From Dehalococcoidia bacterium (lineage in GTDB: Bacteria > Chloroflexota > Dehalococcoidia > UBA2979): a stretch of 64,000 bases of DNA. How positions within the stretch are numbered: the stretch's first letter is position 1; each line of letters opens with the position of its first letter. Location: the NCBI GenBank assembly GCA_965262725.1, contig OZ253555.1:2688001-2752000 (forward strand). The letters are read 5' to 3'. The translations under genes were made by a program, and so were the position numbers. Shown here piece after piece: positions 9,498 through 19,084 of this stretch. The notes beneath the pieces are model-generated. The model was not told where the DNA came from, ran no database searches, and saw only the letters and a program-made list of their open reading frames with translations.

Positions 9498-9938
9498 CTA
9501 GCCGCCCGCCGGGCGGCAGTCCGCGCAGAGGCCGGGGATCGCCAGGTGGCGAATGTCCGCCTCGAAGCCCGCGCGCTCGCGGATCTCCGCCTCCGCGAGC
9601 GCGAGCGAGGCGAGCGCGACGCTCTCGGTGCGGCCGCAGGACCGGCACTCGACGTGGTGATGGCTCGTGCCCGGCTCGTTCCACTCGTAGACGATCGTGC
9701 CGGAGGCGCCGCGCAGCTCGGAGGTGAGGCGAAGCGCGGTCGCCGTCTCCAGCGTGCGGTAGACGGTCGAGAGCGAGATGCCGGCGAGGGGGTCGTCGCC
9801 ACGCACGCGGTCGAGGACCTGCTCGGCGCTCTGGTGCTCCCTCGCGTGACGGAGCGCGCTCAGGATCTTCACCCGCTGGATCGTCACGCGACGCCCGCGC
9901 TTGCGGACGGCCTGCGCGATCTCCGGCTCGCAGCTCAT
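9498..9938 (-). CDS. Fur family metal-responsive regulator (Zur/Nur-like)
   Basis: RVTIQR, STVYRTL, HHHVECRSCG, C-terminal CADC. Confidence 0.9.
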   Translation of the reverse strand: MSCEPEIAQAVRKRGRRVTIQRVKILSALRHAREHQSAEQVLDRVRGDDPLAGISLSTVYRTLETATALRLTSELRGASGTIVYEWNEPGTSHHHVECRSCGRTESVALASLALAEAEIRERAGFEADIRHLAIPGLCADCRPAGG

Positions 9939-9969
9939 GGTCGCGCTCCAGTTGCGCCGCTGGTGGCAC

Positions 9970-10017
9970 CTGCAAAGATTCGCAGATCCACTCTATCCCC
10001 GTCGGGAGGCGCGTCAA
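9970..10017 (-). promoter_or_regulatory. Sigma70-type promoter of the fur-cbiM operon with a candidate Fur-family operator
   Basis: Minus-strand TTGACG (10017-10012), 16 nt, TAGAGT (9995-9990); imperfect palindrome CTGCAAAGATTCGCAG at 9970-9985 spans the predicted start site. Confidence 0.65.
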
Positions 10018-10048
10018 GTGCCCGGCGAAAGCGTGACGTGCGAGGGTC

Positions 10049-10579
10049 CTACGAGGGGCGGAGGTCGCGCGGGTAGCGCAGCGTCGCGTCGGCGTAGAAC
10101 TCCCGCGTCTCCTGGAAGCGCCGCCGGATGCGATCGGGCACCGTGTCGCTCCGCTGCCTGGCCGGCACGCCCATCCACAGCGTCCCGGCCGGTATGACAG
10201 AGTTCGCCGGCACCAGCGAGCCCGCGGCCACAACCGCGCCCGCGCCGATGCGCGTCCCCTCGTGCACCAGGGCGCCGTTCCCGATCACGACGCCGTCGGC
10301 GGCGTCGACCCCGTGCGCGAGCACGCCGTGACCGAGCACGCAGTCGCGGCCTATCGTCGTCTCCTCGTGGAGGATGCAGAGATCCTGGACGTTGGTGCCG
10401 GCGCCCACCGTGATCGGCCCGGAGTCGCCGCGCAGCACCACCCCGAACCAGATGGAGGCGCCGGGCCCCACCGTGACGTCGCCTATCAGCGTTGCCGTCG
10501 GCGCGATGTAGGCGGTGCGATCCACCCGGGGCGTGAGATCGCCGAGCGCGTAGACCCACGGGCCGCCGGAGGGGCTCAC
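10049..10579 (-). CDS. Gamma carbonic anhydrase family (PaaY/CaiE/YrdA-like)
   Basis: VLRGD, NVQDLCILH, GHGVLAHG, hexapeptide repeats. Confidence 0.9.
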   Translation of the reverse strand: MSPSGGPWVYALGDLTPRVDRTAYIAPTATLIGDVTVGPGASIWFGVVLRGDSGPITVGAGTNVQDLCILHEETTIGRDCVLGHGVLAHGVDAADGVVIGNGALVHEGTRIGAGAVVAAGSLVPANSVIPAGTLWMGVPARQRSDTVPDRIRRRFQETREFYADATLRYPRDLRPS

Positions 10580-11421
10580 AAGCCGCCCTCCCCGTCCAGC
10601 GCCTGGAGCCGCCCCAGCAGCGTCTGGGCCGTCACGACGCCGTGCTCCATGAAGTCCGCGATGACCGCCGCGAGCTCTCGTGGCACTTCCGTCGGGACGC
10701 CGTGACTGACGCGGCTGAAGACATGCAGGGCAGCGTTCGGAAGAGCAGCGTAGTCGGCAAGGTTGGTGGGCAGCAGGCTATCGGCGGCCGCGCTGACGAC
10801 GAGCGTCGGTTGCGTGAGCTCAGCGAGCCGATCGCCGAGCCGCAGGGTGAACATGGCCCGCGCCATCCCCTCGACATGCGCGTCGGAGGCAGCGAGCCAG
10901 CGCCGCGCCGAGCGCTCCATGCCGGACTCCGAGCGCGGCCGCGCCGCCGTCGCGCGGCGCTCGGCCACGATGCGCTCGACCGAGCCCTCGCGCCTGAGCG
11001 CGAGGGTGTGCTCCCGGCGGGCCGCCGCCCCCTCGTCGTCGGCGACGCCGGCCGCCGGCACCGAGCTCACCAGCACGAGCCGCTCAACCCTCTCCGGCTC
11101 GGCGAGCGCGAGCCACATTCCGATCGCACCGCCCAGGGAGTGACCGACGAAGGTGAAGCGCCCGACGCCGAGCGCGTCGGCGAGGGCGAGCGCGTCGGCG
11201 GCGTACTGCTCGACGCTGTGCCCCTCCGCCGTCCGCTCGCTCTCACCGCAGCCGCGCGCGTCCGGGGCGATGCAGCGGTACTCGCCTGAGAGCCGCTCCG
11301 TCACCCCGGCCCAGGTGTCCGAGGCGCTCATGTAGCCGTGGTGGAAGAGCAGCGCGGGAGCGTGGGCGGGGCCCCGCTGGTCATAGTGGAGCCGGACGCC
11401 GTGGACCGTCGCCTCGGGCAT
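10576..11421 (-). CDS. Alpha/beta hydrolase with intact triad
   Basis: FHHGY, DARGCGES, GHSLGG, RVSHGVP. Confidence 0.85.
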   Translation of the reverse strand: MPEATVHGVRLHYDQRGPAHAPALLFHHGYMSASDTWAGVTERLSGEYRCIAPDARGCGESERTAEGHSVEQYAADALALADALGVGRFTFVGHSLGGAIGMWLALAEPERVERLVLVSSVPAAGVADDEGAAARREHTLALRREGSVERIVAERRATAARPRSESGMERSARRWLAASDAHVEGMARAMFTLRLGDRLAELTQPTLVVSAAADSLLPTNLADYAALPNAALHVFSRVSHGVPTEVPRELAAVIADFMEHGVVTAQTLLGRLQALDGEGGL

Positions 11422-11473
11422 GCCGCCTCCGCTCCGCCGTGCGCCTGCCGGTCCCGGCGCGGCGGGGGAGAGT

Positions 11474-12766
11474 CTACGGCGCTCGCCCGGCTGGGGCAGC
11501 CTCGCGAGCGGGAGGCGGCACCCCCGCCGGCCGCGCCGGAGGGCGCACGGCGAGCAGGATGGGCACGGCGAGCCACGCGACGGCGGCGGCGATGGTCCAG
11601 CCGAGCGTGTAGCTGCCAGTGGCGTCGACGGTGCGGCCGACCACCCACGGTCCGATCACCGCGCCCGCCGTCATCACGAACGCCGCGTAGCCGTTGATCG
11701 TCCCGAAGTGCCGGACGCCGTAGTAGTCGGCCATCAGGGCGGTCCTCACGGGGATGATGCCCCCGAAGCCCGGGCCCATGATGAGCAGGCCGACCATCGC
11801 GATGGCGAGCGAGGAGCCGGCTGGCCCGGCGACGGCGAGCAGGACGGTGCCGGTCGCCGCGAGCGCGGTACCGAGGGCGAGCATGTGCCGCTTGTCGCCG
11901 CGATCGGCGAGGAACCCGAATCCGACCCGCCCCACGACCGAGGAGAGCGTGTAAACCGCGAGGCCGGTGCTCGCGACGCCCTTCGAGTAGCCGAGCGATT
12001 CCAGGTACGGGATGGTCAGGAGGATCACCGAGACGATGGAGAAGAAGGCCGCCGCCTGCCCGGCGGCGAGCAGCCAGAAAGCGCGCGTATGGAGCGCCTG
12101 CCGCGCCGTCATTGCCACTCCGTCGTCGACGGCCGCCTCCGACCCCGGCGCCCACGTGATGCCGTCCATGGGCTGCGGGTGCGAGGATGGTCGCGAACGG
12201 ACATTGCTCGCAGCGAAGGCAGAGATCACGAAATACACGACGGCCAGAACGCGCAGCGATCCCCGCCACCCCAGCGCCTCGACGAGAAGCGCTATGAAAA
12301 TGACCAGCACGCCGGCGAGCGAACCGCCTATCGACATCACCGCCAGGGCGCGCGTCCGGAGCGTGCGGAACCAGGTCGTGGTCGCCGTCATCCCGACCTG
12401 GCCGCCGGCGGCGCCGATGCCGGCCGCGGAGAGCAGCATCACGGCGTAGAACTGCCAGATGTTCTGCACAAAGGAGAGCGCAAGCAGACCGGCCCCGGCG
12501 ACGCAGACCCCCGCGAGCAGGACGACCCGCGCGCCCAGGCGATCGATCGCGTAGCCGATCGCGGGCGCGGCCGCACCCTGGACCTCCGTGCGCAGCGAGA
12601 AGGCGAGGCTGGTCGCGGCCACGCTCCAGCCGAACTCGGCGATGAGGTCGTTGAAGATCGTCCCGAGCCCGTAGAAGAACGTGGTGCCGTTGACGAGCAT
12701 CACGACGCCCGCGGCGACGACGACGATCCAGCCCTCGTAGACGGTGGGGAAGAGGCGGCGCAGCAT
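11474..12766 (-). CDS. MFS transporter (OFA/MCT-like)
   Basis: About 12 TM segments, GYAIDRLGAR, GFLADRGDKR, ADYYGVRHFG. Confidence 0.9.
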   Translation of the reverse strand: MLRRLFPTVYEGWIVVVAAGVVMLVNGTTFFYGLGTIFNDLIAEFGWSVAATSLAFSLRTEVQGAAAPAIGYAIDRLGARVVLLAGVCVAGAGLLALSFVQNIWQFYAVMLLSAAGIGAAGGQVGMTATTTWFRTLRTRALAVMSIGGSLAGVLVIFIALLVEALGWRGSLRVLAVVYFVISAFAASNVRSRPSSHPQPMDGITWAPGSEAAVDDGVAMTARQALHTRAFWLLAAGQAAAFFSIVSVILLTIPYLESLGYSKGVASTGLAVYTLSSVVGRVGFGFLADRGDKRHMLALGTALAATGTVLLAVAGPAGSSLAIAMVGLLIMGPGFGGIIPVRTALMADYYGVRHFGTINGYAAFVMTAGAVIGPWVVGRTVDATGSYTLGWTIAAAVAWLAVPILLAVRPPARPAGVPPPAREAAPAGRAP

Positions 12767-12799
12767 CGCGGTCCCCCCCGCTCCCCGCCGGTCGCTCGC

Positions 12800-13567
12800 T
12801 CACACCGTGGCGGTGTATCCCCCGTCGATCAGGAGGTCGGCCCCGGTCATGAACGACGACGCGTCCGAGGCCAGGAAGACGGCTCCTTCGGCGATCTCCT
12901 CGCTCTGCCCGAGGCGACCGAGGATGTGCTTGGAGGCGATCGCCGCGCGCGCCTGCTCCATGCTGCCGAAGCGGTGCACCAGCCGCTCCGTCTCGACCGC
13001 GCCCGGGGAGAGGCTGTTGACGCGGATCCCCTCGGCGGCGTGGTCCAGCGCCAGCACCTTCGAGAGCTGCACCAGCGCCGCCTTGGTCGAGCAGTAGGCC
13101 GGCGAGCGCGGCGAGGCCACTCGCGCGAGCTGCGAGGCGACGTTGATCACGCTGCCGCCGCCGCCCTCCGCTATCAGCGGGAGCGCGTACTTCGCCATCA
13201 GGAAGGCGCCGGTGAGATTGATGTCGAGCGTGCGTTGCCAGCTCGCGAGATCGAGCTCCACGACGGTCGCCGACGGATCGCGGTTCGCCGCGTTGTTCAC
13301 CAGTACCGAGAGTCCGCCGAGCTGCTCGCGGGCTGCCGCCACAGCCGCGCGCGCAGACTCCTGCTCGGCGACGTCGCAGCCAATCGAGGCTGCCGTCGCG
13401 CCGGACCCGCGCGCTTCCTCCGCGACGGCCCGGGCGGCGGCCTCGTCGATGTCGGCGCAGAGGACGGAGGCGCCTTCCCGCGCGAAGGCGAGCGTGATGG
13501 CGCGGCCGATGCCGGCGCCCCCGCCGGTCACCAGCGCCCGCTTCCCGACGAGTCGCCCGGCCGGCAC
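12800..13567 (-). CDS. SDR family NAD(P)-dependent oxidoreductase
   Basis: TGGGAGIG, NNAA, YCSTK, IRVNSLSPG, IDGG. Confidence 0.92.
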   Translation of the reverse strand: MPAGRLVGKRALVTGGGAGIGRAITLAFAREGASVLCADIDEAAARAVAEEARGSGATAASIGCDVAEQESARAAVAAAREQLGGLSVLVNNAANRDPSATVVELDLASWQRTLDINLTGAFLMAKYALPLIAEGGGGSVINVASQLARVASPRSPAYCSTKAALVQLSKVLALDHAAEGIRVNSLSPGAVETERLVHRFGSMEQARAAIASKHILGRLGQSEEIAEGAVFLASDASSFMTGADLLIDGGYTATV

Positions 13568-13568
13568 G

Positions 13569-15080
13569 CTACGAGCCCCGGAACGAGAGACGCTCGGCGA
13601 TGAGGCCCCGATCGGGCGGCCAGTAGAAGCCCTCGAGCTCCTCGGTCATCGCCGCGAGGAACCCCGGTTGCGCGAGGTAGGCGTTGGGCGCGTCCTCGGT
13701 GATGAGGCGCTGCGCCTCCCGGACGAGTTCCTCCCGGGCTGCCGGATCGGGCGTGCGCTCCACCTCGGCCGTGATCTCCACCACCCGGTCGTTGGAGTAG
13801 TTGCCGACGTTGATGAGCCCGAGACGGCTCGGCGAGTAGTCGTGCACCAGCCCGTAGTAGGGGTCGGGAACCTGGTGGTGATCCGAGTAGATCAGCATGG
13901 GGTAGGGGCGGAAGTAGCGGGCGCCGGCCCAGTGCGTGGTCGACTCGAGCAGCTCGAGCTCGACGCGGATGCCGACCTCGGCGAGCGCGGCGACGATCAG
14001 GTGCGCGGAGGCGACGTGATCGGCGGCGCCCACGTCGACGAAGAGATCCGTCTCGAAGCCGTGCGGCAGGCCGGCCTCGCGAAGCAGCGCGCGCGCGCGC
14101 CCGGGGTCGTGGTGGTACGGCCAGCCCTCGGCGGTGGCCATCGGTGTCCCCATCGGCAGCGGGGAGCGCCACGGCTCCGCGGTGCTGAGGTAGACGTCGC
14201 GGAGGATCTGATCGTACGGGACGGCGTAGCAGACCGCCTGCCGCACGTCACGGCTGGTGAAGGGCTCCTGGCGGCAGTTCATGGCGAGGAGCACGTGCGC
14301 CCCGGAGGGCGCGTGCGCGACGCGCACGCCCTCGGCGGCTCGGAGCGCCTCGACCTCGCCGGGCCGGATGTCGGGGAGGACGTCGACCTCACCGTCAGCG
14401 AGGAGCCGGCGCCTCTCGCGTGCTCCCGCCACGAAGCGAACCCGGATGCGCTCGATCACGGGCGCCACCGGGGAACCGGGGTTCGCGACGAAGACGGCCT
14501 CGTCCCACGGCATGAGCGACTCCAGGTGGTAGGAGCCGAAGCCGGCCGGTGTCCGCGTCAGCCACTCGGTCGCCCAGGGGTCGGCATCGGTCGCGTGCTC
14601 ACGCGCCGCCACCGAGTCGTGGATCACCGGCGTCATGCGCGTGAGTTGCTGCAAGAGCGTCGGGTTCGGCGCCCTGAGATGGAACTCGACGGTGTGTCTG
14701 TCACGCGCGACCACGTTCGCCGGATCGGTCACGGAGCCGATGATCGCGACCCACTTGCCGACGTCGCGGAGACCGAAGGCACGCTGCCACCCCCAGACCA
14801 CGTCGTCGGCCGTGAACTCGTTGCCGAAGGCAGAGCGGACGCCCCGGCGCAGCCGCACCGTGTACACCGTGCCGCCTTCCGAGGCCTCCCAGCTCTCGGC
14901 GAGCACGCCCTCAAGGTTCGGGACATCTCCCAGCGGATCGCCATCCGCTCGCGGCTTCGGCGGGTAGGAGAGCAGCCGGGCGTAGCAGAGCCGCTGCAGG
15001 AAACCGTTCGCCCCGCGCGCCTCGGCGTCGAAGCCCGTCGCCCCCGGAGAGATCGCCACCCGCAATTCGCGCGCCGTCAT
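13569..15080 (-). CDS. ABC substrate-binding protein family 5 (Opp/Dpp/NikA-like), no evident signal peptide
   Basis: LAESWEAS, GNEFTADDV, PAGFGSY, DVRQAVCYAV, ARALLREAG; RBS GAGGGAG before ATG 15080. Confidence 0.85.
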   Translation of the reverse strand: MTARELRVAISPGATGFDAEARGANGFLQRLCYARLLSYPPKPRADGDPLGDVPNLEGVLAESWEASEGGTVYTVRLRRGVRSAFGNEFTADDVVWGWQRAFGLRDVGKWVAIIGSVTDPANVVARDRHTVEFHLRAPNPTLLQQLTRMTPVIHDSVAAREHATDADPWATEWLTRTPAGFGSYHLESLMPWDEAVFVANPGSPVAPVIERIRVRFVAGARERRRLLADGEVDVLPDIRPGEVEALRAAEGVRVAHAPSGAHVLLAMNCRQEPFTSRDVRQAVCYAVPYDQILRDVYLSTAEPWRSPLPMGTPMATAEGWPYHHDPGRARALLREAGLPHGFETDLFVDVGAADHVASAHLIVAALAEVGIRVELELLESTTHWAGARYFRPYPMLIYSDHHQVPDPYYGLVHDYSPSRLGLINVGNYSNDRVVEITAEVERTPDPAAREELVREAQRLITEDAPNAYLAQPGFLAAMTEELEGFYWPPDRGLIAERLSFRGS

Positions 15081-15283
15081 GATGCCGCTCCCCTCTCGGG
15101 CGCCCGCGGCGCCTGCTCCCGCGCCTGCTCTCACACCCCGGCGCGATGCTAGCGGACCCGGCCGATTCTCGCCCGCCACCCGGGCGCCGGCCCCGCGGCC
15201 GCGGCGGTGGTTGACAGGGGGATCGTGCGGCGGCGCAGAATCGGGGAAGCGGCCGGCGAGCGGCCCCGCCGAAGGAGACGACG

Positions 15284-16156
15284 ATGAGCACGCAGCTAGC
15301 GACCATCCCCGCCACGCACAAGATCCCGAAGGTTGGCACGCCCCACAGCGCCGGCTGGAACGATTTCCAGCTGGGGCCCTTCCCTCGCCCGTTTGAGCTC
15401 ACCGTCACGGCCGACGACATCGATCGCTGGTGCCGCCTCTACGAGGATGACCCCGAGCTCTACGTCGAGCGCGCCCCCCACTACATCCTCTACTACGCCG
15501 GGCAGAGCATCGTGGCGCCCTTCCGCGACATATCGGCGGGCTTCGCGCGATTCCGCGCCGAGTTTGCCGCGCCGGTTCCGCGCGAGCGTCCGCTCACGAT
15601 CTCCGGCGAGGTGCTCTCGAAGTACCGCCGGCGCGGGCGCGGCTACATCGAGTGGCAGATCGAGGCGCGCGCTGGCGGCGAGCTCGTCCACCGCAACGCG
15701 CGCACCTGGTACTTCGAGGCCCCGGAGGAGCAGCTCGAGGGGCTGGAGGAGCGGAGCCGCGACATTCCGCCGCCCGCCCCGGAGTCGGCCGAGCCCTTCG
15801 GACCGCTCTCTCTGCACCTGGCGCAGGAGCGCATGAACTACTTCGAGGGGCCCGGTGAGCACAACGGCCACACCGACGTCGCCGCCGCGCGCGAGCGCGG
15901 CCAGCCGGGCCCCGTGGCGCAGGGCGCCTTCGCGATGGGGCTGATCGCGCGCATGATGCGCGACCGCTTCGGCGAGGGCTTCGTCTCGGGCGGCGAGCTC
16001 GACATCCACTTCACGCGCACGGTCTGGTCGAACGAGCACATCGAGGTCCACGGCGCGATCCTCGACCGCTCGGACGGACGGGCGCACTGCCGCGTCTGGG
16101 CAGAGAAGGAGGGCGGCGAGGAGGTCGTGGCCGGCACCGCCAGCGCGCGGATCTAG
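15284..16156 (+). CDS. Double hotdog-fold MaoC-like dehydratase
   Basis: Two hotdog units; KYRRRGRGYI, HNGHTDVAAARERG, PVAQG; RBS AAGGAG. Confidence 0.75.
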   Translation: MSTQLATIPATHKIPKVGTPHSAGWNDFQLGPFPRPFELTVTADDIDRWCRLYEDDPELYVERAPHYILYYAGQSIVAPFRDISAGFARFRAEFAAPVPRERPLTISGEVLSKYRRRGRGYIEWQIEARAGGELVHRNARTWYFEAPEEQLEGLEERSRDIPPPAPESAEPFGPLSLHLAQERMNYFEGPGEHNGHTDVAAARERGQPGPVAQGAFAMGLIARMMRDRFGEGFVSGGELDIHFTRTVWSNEHIEVHGAILDRSDGRAHCRVWAEKEGGEEVVAGTASARI

Positions 16157-16306
16157 ACCCGGGGCACCCGTGCCAGGCCGCATCGGGCCACAGTCCTCCG
16201 GCGGGCCGCTCCGGATGCGACGGCGCGCCGTCCTCGTGTAGGCTCCGGCCGGCGGGACGGGCGCCGGCACGGTCCCGCCGCCGAGACAAGCGACGAGGAG
16301 CCGCCG

Positions 16307-17410
16307 ATGCGCTTCGGGACCTTCCATTTGCCGCTCTCACCGACCCCCGCGGACGACCGCCGGGTCGTCGAGGAGCAGATGCAGCAAATCGAGGCCGCCG
16401 AGGCGCTCGGCTTCGACTACGCGTGGCTCACCGAGCACAACTTCACGGGCGAGAGCGGTTACGCCGACCCGATCGTCTTCGGGGCCGCGCTCTCGCAGCG
16501 GACGAGTCGGATCCGCGTCGGCTTCGCGGTGGTACAGATGGCGCTCCACCACCCGACGCGGCTCCTGATCCAGACCAGCCTCCTCGACAACCTGCTCGAC
16601 GGCCGGCTCACCATCGGCATCGGCCGCGGCTCCGCCTTCAACGAGTACGAGTACGTCGCCTTCGGGGCGCGCTCCGAGGGGCAGCGCGAGCGCATGTTCG
16701 AGGCCATCGAGCTGATGGAGCGCGCCTGGGCCGGCGACAACACGCCCTACGAGGGCGAGCACTTCCAGCTCCGGATCCCCGGGGTCCGGCCCACGCCGGT
16801 CCAGAAGCCGCACCCGCCGCTCATGCTCTCCGTGCTCTCGGACGACACGGTTGCGTGGGCGGCCGCGCGCGGCTACCCGATCATGATGCCGCGCCTCGAC
16901 CTCGCCCGCGCCACGGAGCGCCTCGCCTTCTACCGGCGGGCGATGGAGGAGGCGTCGATCGCGCCCGAGCGCATCGGGCGCGCGCTCGACGCCTGCACGC
17001 TGCAGCGAAGCGTCTACGTCGCCGCCACCGACGAGCAGGCCCACGAGGAGGTCCAGGAGGCGACGTTCCGCCTGCACCGCCACCTGCAGCACTCGCGCCA
17101 GACGTTCAACCCCGCGGACGTCGACAACCGGGCGCGCGCGGCGCAGAACGCCTCCCAGAAGTGGAGCTCTCCCGACTCCACGCCGGAGGAGGCGGTCGCC
17201 GATCTCATCTCCCGCGGCTTCATCCTCGGCTCCCCGGAGACGGTGCGGGGCAAGCTGCGCGAGATCCGCGACGCCGGCGTGCGCGGGATGATGCTGTCGT
17301 TCACCTGGGGCGACCTCCGACACGAGATGGTGTTGCGCTCGATGGAGCGCTTCGGCCGCGAGGTGATGCCGGAGTTCACGGCCGAGATCGCGGGCGTGGG
17401 CTCCGCCTGA
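16307..17410 (+). CDS. LLM class flavin-dependent oxidoreductase
   Basis: MRFGTF, AEALGFDYAWLTEHNF, HHPTRL, LDNLLDGRL, PVQKPHPP, GSPETV. Confidence 0.92.
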   Translation: MRFGTFHLPLSPTPADDRRVVEEQMQQIEAAEALGFDYAWLTEHNFTGESGYADPIVFGAALSQRTSRIRVGFAVVQMALHHPTRLLIQTSLLDNLLDGRLTIGIGRGSAFNEYEYVAFGARSEGQRERMFEAIELMERAWAGDNTPYEGEHFQLRIPGVRPTPVQKPHPPLMLSVLSDDTVAWAAARGYPIMMPRLDLARATERLAFYRRAMEEASIAPERIGRALDACTLQRSVYVAATDEQAHEEVQEATFRLHRHLQHSRQTFNPADVDNRARAAQNASQKWSSPDSTPEEAVADLISRGFILGSPETVRGKLREIRDAGVRGMMLSFTWGDLRHEMVLRSMERFGREVMPEFTAEIAGVGSA

Positions 17411-17500
17411 GCAGAGGCCGCCCGCGGCGGCCTCCGAGCGGGGCGTCCTCCCGCGGCCGCACGGCGCGGGCGCCGACGCCCGCTCACCGAGGATGCAGCT

Positions 17501-18286
17501 GTGCCGCACCGTGAAAACGGACCCGACATCGCCGAGAGCGTCGACGCCGCCCTGGACGGCGTCTCCGACGGCGCGTCGATCCTGGTGCCGGGCTTCGGTC
17601 CGGGCACGCCCTGGAACCTCCTCCGGGCGCTCCACCGTCGCGGCACGCGCGACCTCACCATCATCGCCAACTCGGTCGGCTACCAGAGCCCGCGCCCCGA
17701 CGTCAAGACAATCGGCGACCTCGTCGCCGACGGCCGCGTCTCGCGCCTCGTCGTCTCCTTCTCCGCCTCCACGCGCCCGTCGATACCCGGTCCGGCCGAG
17801 CAGGCGATACGCGACGGGAGCGTGCGCTGTGAGCTCGTGCCGCAGGGGACGCTGGCGGAGCGCATCCGCGCGGGCGGGGCAGGGATACCCGCCTTCTACA
17901 CTCCGGCGGCGGTCGGCACCGCGCTCGCCGAGGGCCGCGAGACGCGCGCCTTCGGGGGGCGCGAGTACCTGCTGGAGATGGCGCTTGTCGCCGACGTGAC
18001 GCTCGTGCGCGCGCGGCGCGCCGACCGCGCCGGCAACCTCGTCTACCGGCGCGCTGCGCGCAACTTCAACCCGCTCATGGCGACGGCCGCCACGCTCGTC
18101 GTCGCAGAGGTCGAGCAACCGGTCGAGGCACGCGGCGCCATCGACCCCGACCACGTGCACACGCCCGGCCTCTACGTCGACCGGCTGGCGCCGATCCCTC
18201 CCGAGCCGGATGGGCTCTTCGACGTCGACTGGCTCGCGTTGCGGCCTGCGTCGGCGGTCGAGCGTGCCCGGGGGGCCGGAGCGTGA
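17501..18286 (+). CDS. Family I CoA-transferase subunit A
   Basis: PQGTLAERIRAGGAGIPAFYT, ARNFNPLMATAA, VHTPG. Confidence 0.92.
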   Translation: MPHRENGPDIAESVDAALDGVSDGASILVPGFGPGTPWNLLRALHRRGTRDLTIIANSVGYQSPRPDVKTIGDLVADGRVSRLVVSFSASTRPSIPGPAEQAIRDGSVRCELVPQGTLAERIRAGGAGIPAFYTPAAVGTALAEGRETRAFGGREYLLEMALVADVTLVRARRADRAGNLVYRRAARNFNPLMATAATLVVAEVEQPVEARGAIDPDHVHTPGLYVDRLAPIPPEPDGLFDVDWLALRPASAVERARGAGA

Positions 18287-18978
18287 GTGGCAGGGCGGGG
18301 AGCGCTTCCGTTGCGGGCCGCCTCTCGCGCGAGCAGATGGCGGCGGTGATCGCCGGGCGGCTCGAGGCCGGCTGGGTCGTGAATCTCGGCATCGGCATAC
18401 CGACGCTCGCATCAAGCTTCCTCGACCACCGGGACGGGATCCTTCTCACCTCGGAGAACGGCGTCGTCGGCTACGGCGCCCTCGCGACCGGTGACGACGC
18501 CGACCCGGACGTCGTGAACGCGGGCGTCCAGCCCGTCACCCTCGAGCCCGGTGCCGCGATCCTCGACCACGCGGCCTCCTTCGCGCTCATCCGCGGGGGC
18601 CGACTCGACTGCGCGGTGCTCGGCGCCTACGAGGTCGCCGCCGACGGCTCGTTCTCCAACTGGAGCGTGAGCGGCGAGGCCGGGCTCGGCGGCATCGGCG
18701 GCGCGATGGATCTCGCCGCCGGTGCCGGACGGCTCTGGGTAGTGATGGAGCACACCACGCACGCCGGTGGCCCCCGACTGGTCGGGCGCTGCTCCCTTCC
18801 CGTCACGGCGGGCCCCGGTCACGTCTCTCTCGTAGTCACCGATCTGGCAGTGATCGAGATCGGCGCCTCGGGCTTCGTGCTGCGCGAGCACGCGCCCGGA
18901 GTCGACCCGGAGCGCATCCGCGCCCTCACCGGCGCCCCGCTCGCCCTGCACGCCGATCTCGTGCCGATGTCGCTCTAG
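18283..18978 (+). CDS. Family I CoA-transferase subunit B
   Basis: VNLGIGIPT, catalytic SENG, GIGGAMDL; GTGA overlap. Confidence 0.92.
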   Translation: MSGRAGSASVAGRLSREQMAAVIAGRLEAGWVVNLGIGIPTLASSFLDHRDGILLTSENGVVGYGALATGDDADPDVVNAGVQPVTLEPGAAILDHAASFALIRGGRLDCAVLGAYEVAADGSFSNWSVSGEAGLGGIGGAMDLAAGAGRLWVVMEHTTHAGGPRLVGRCSLPVTAGPGHVSLVVTDLAVIEIGASGFVLREHAPGVDPERIRALTGAPLALHADLVPMSL

Positions 18979-19084
18979 TGGCACGTTCCTGAGATCCGCG
19001 TCCGCTCTCCCGCCGCTCCCGAATTCCGTGGAGCGGGCGCGGTATATAGTGCGGCGGTCGCGTGAGGGCGAAGGGGGAACGGCC

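Noticed and set aside
9939-10048. Cobalamin riboswitch upstream of the Co/Ni transporter
   Set aside because: Gap is too short, is occupied by the promoter, and lacks B12-box motifs
8446-10233. 595-aa ORF suggesting a large PDGLE fusion
   Set aside because: Only the last 111 aa are credible; the rest overlaps cbiM and fur in another frame
15211-15241. TTGACA..CAGAAT promoter before the double hotdog gene
   Set aside because: 19-nt spacer and imperfect -10; plausible but too weak to list
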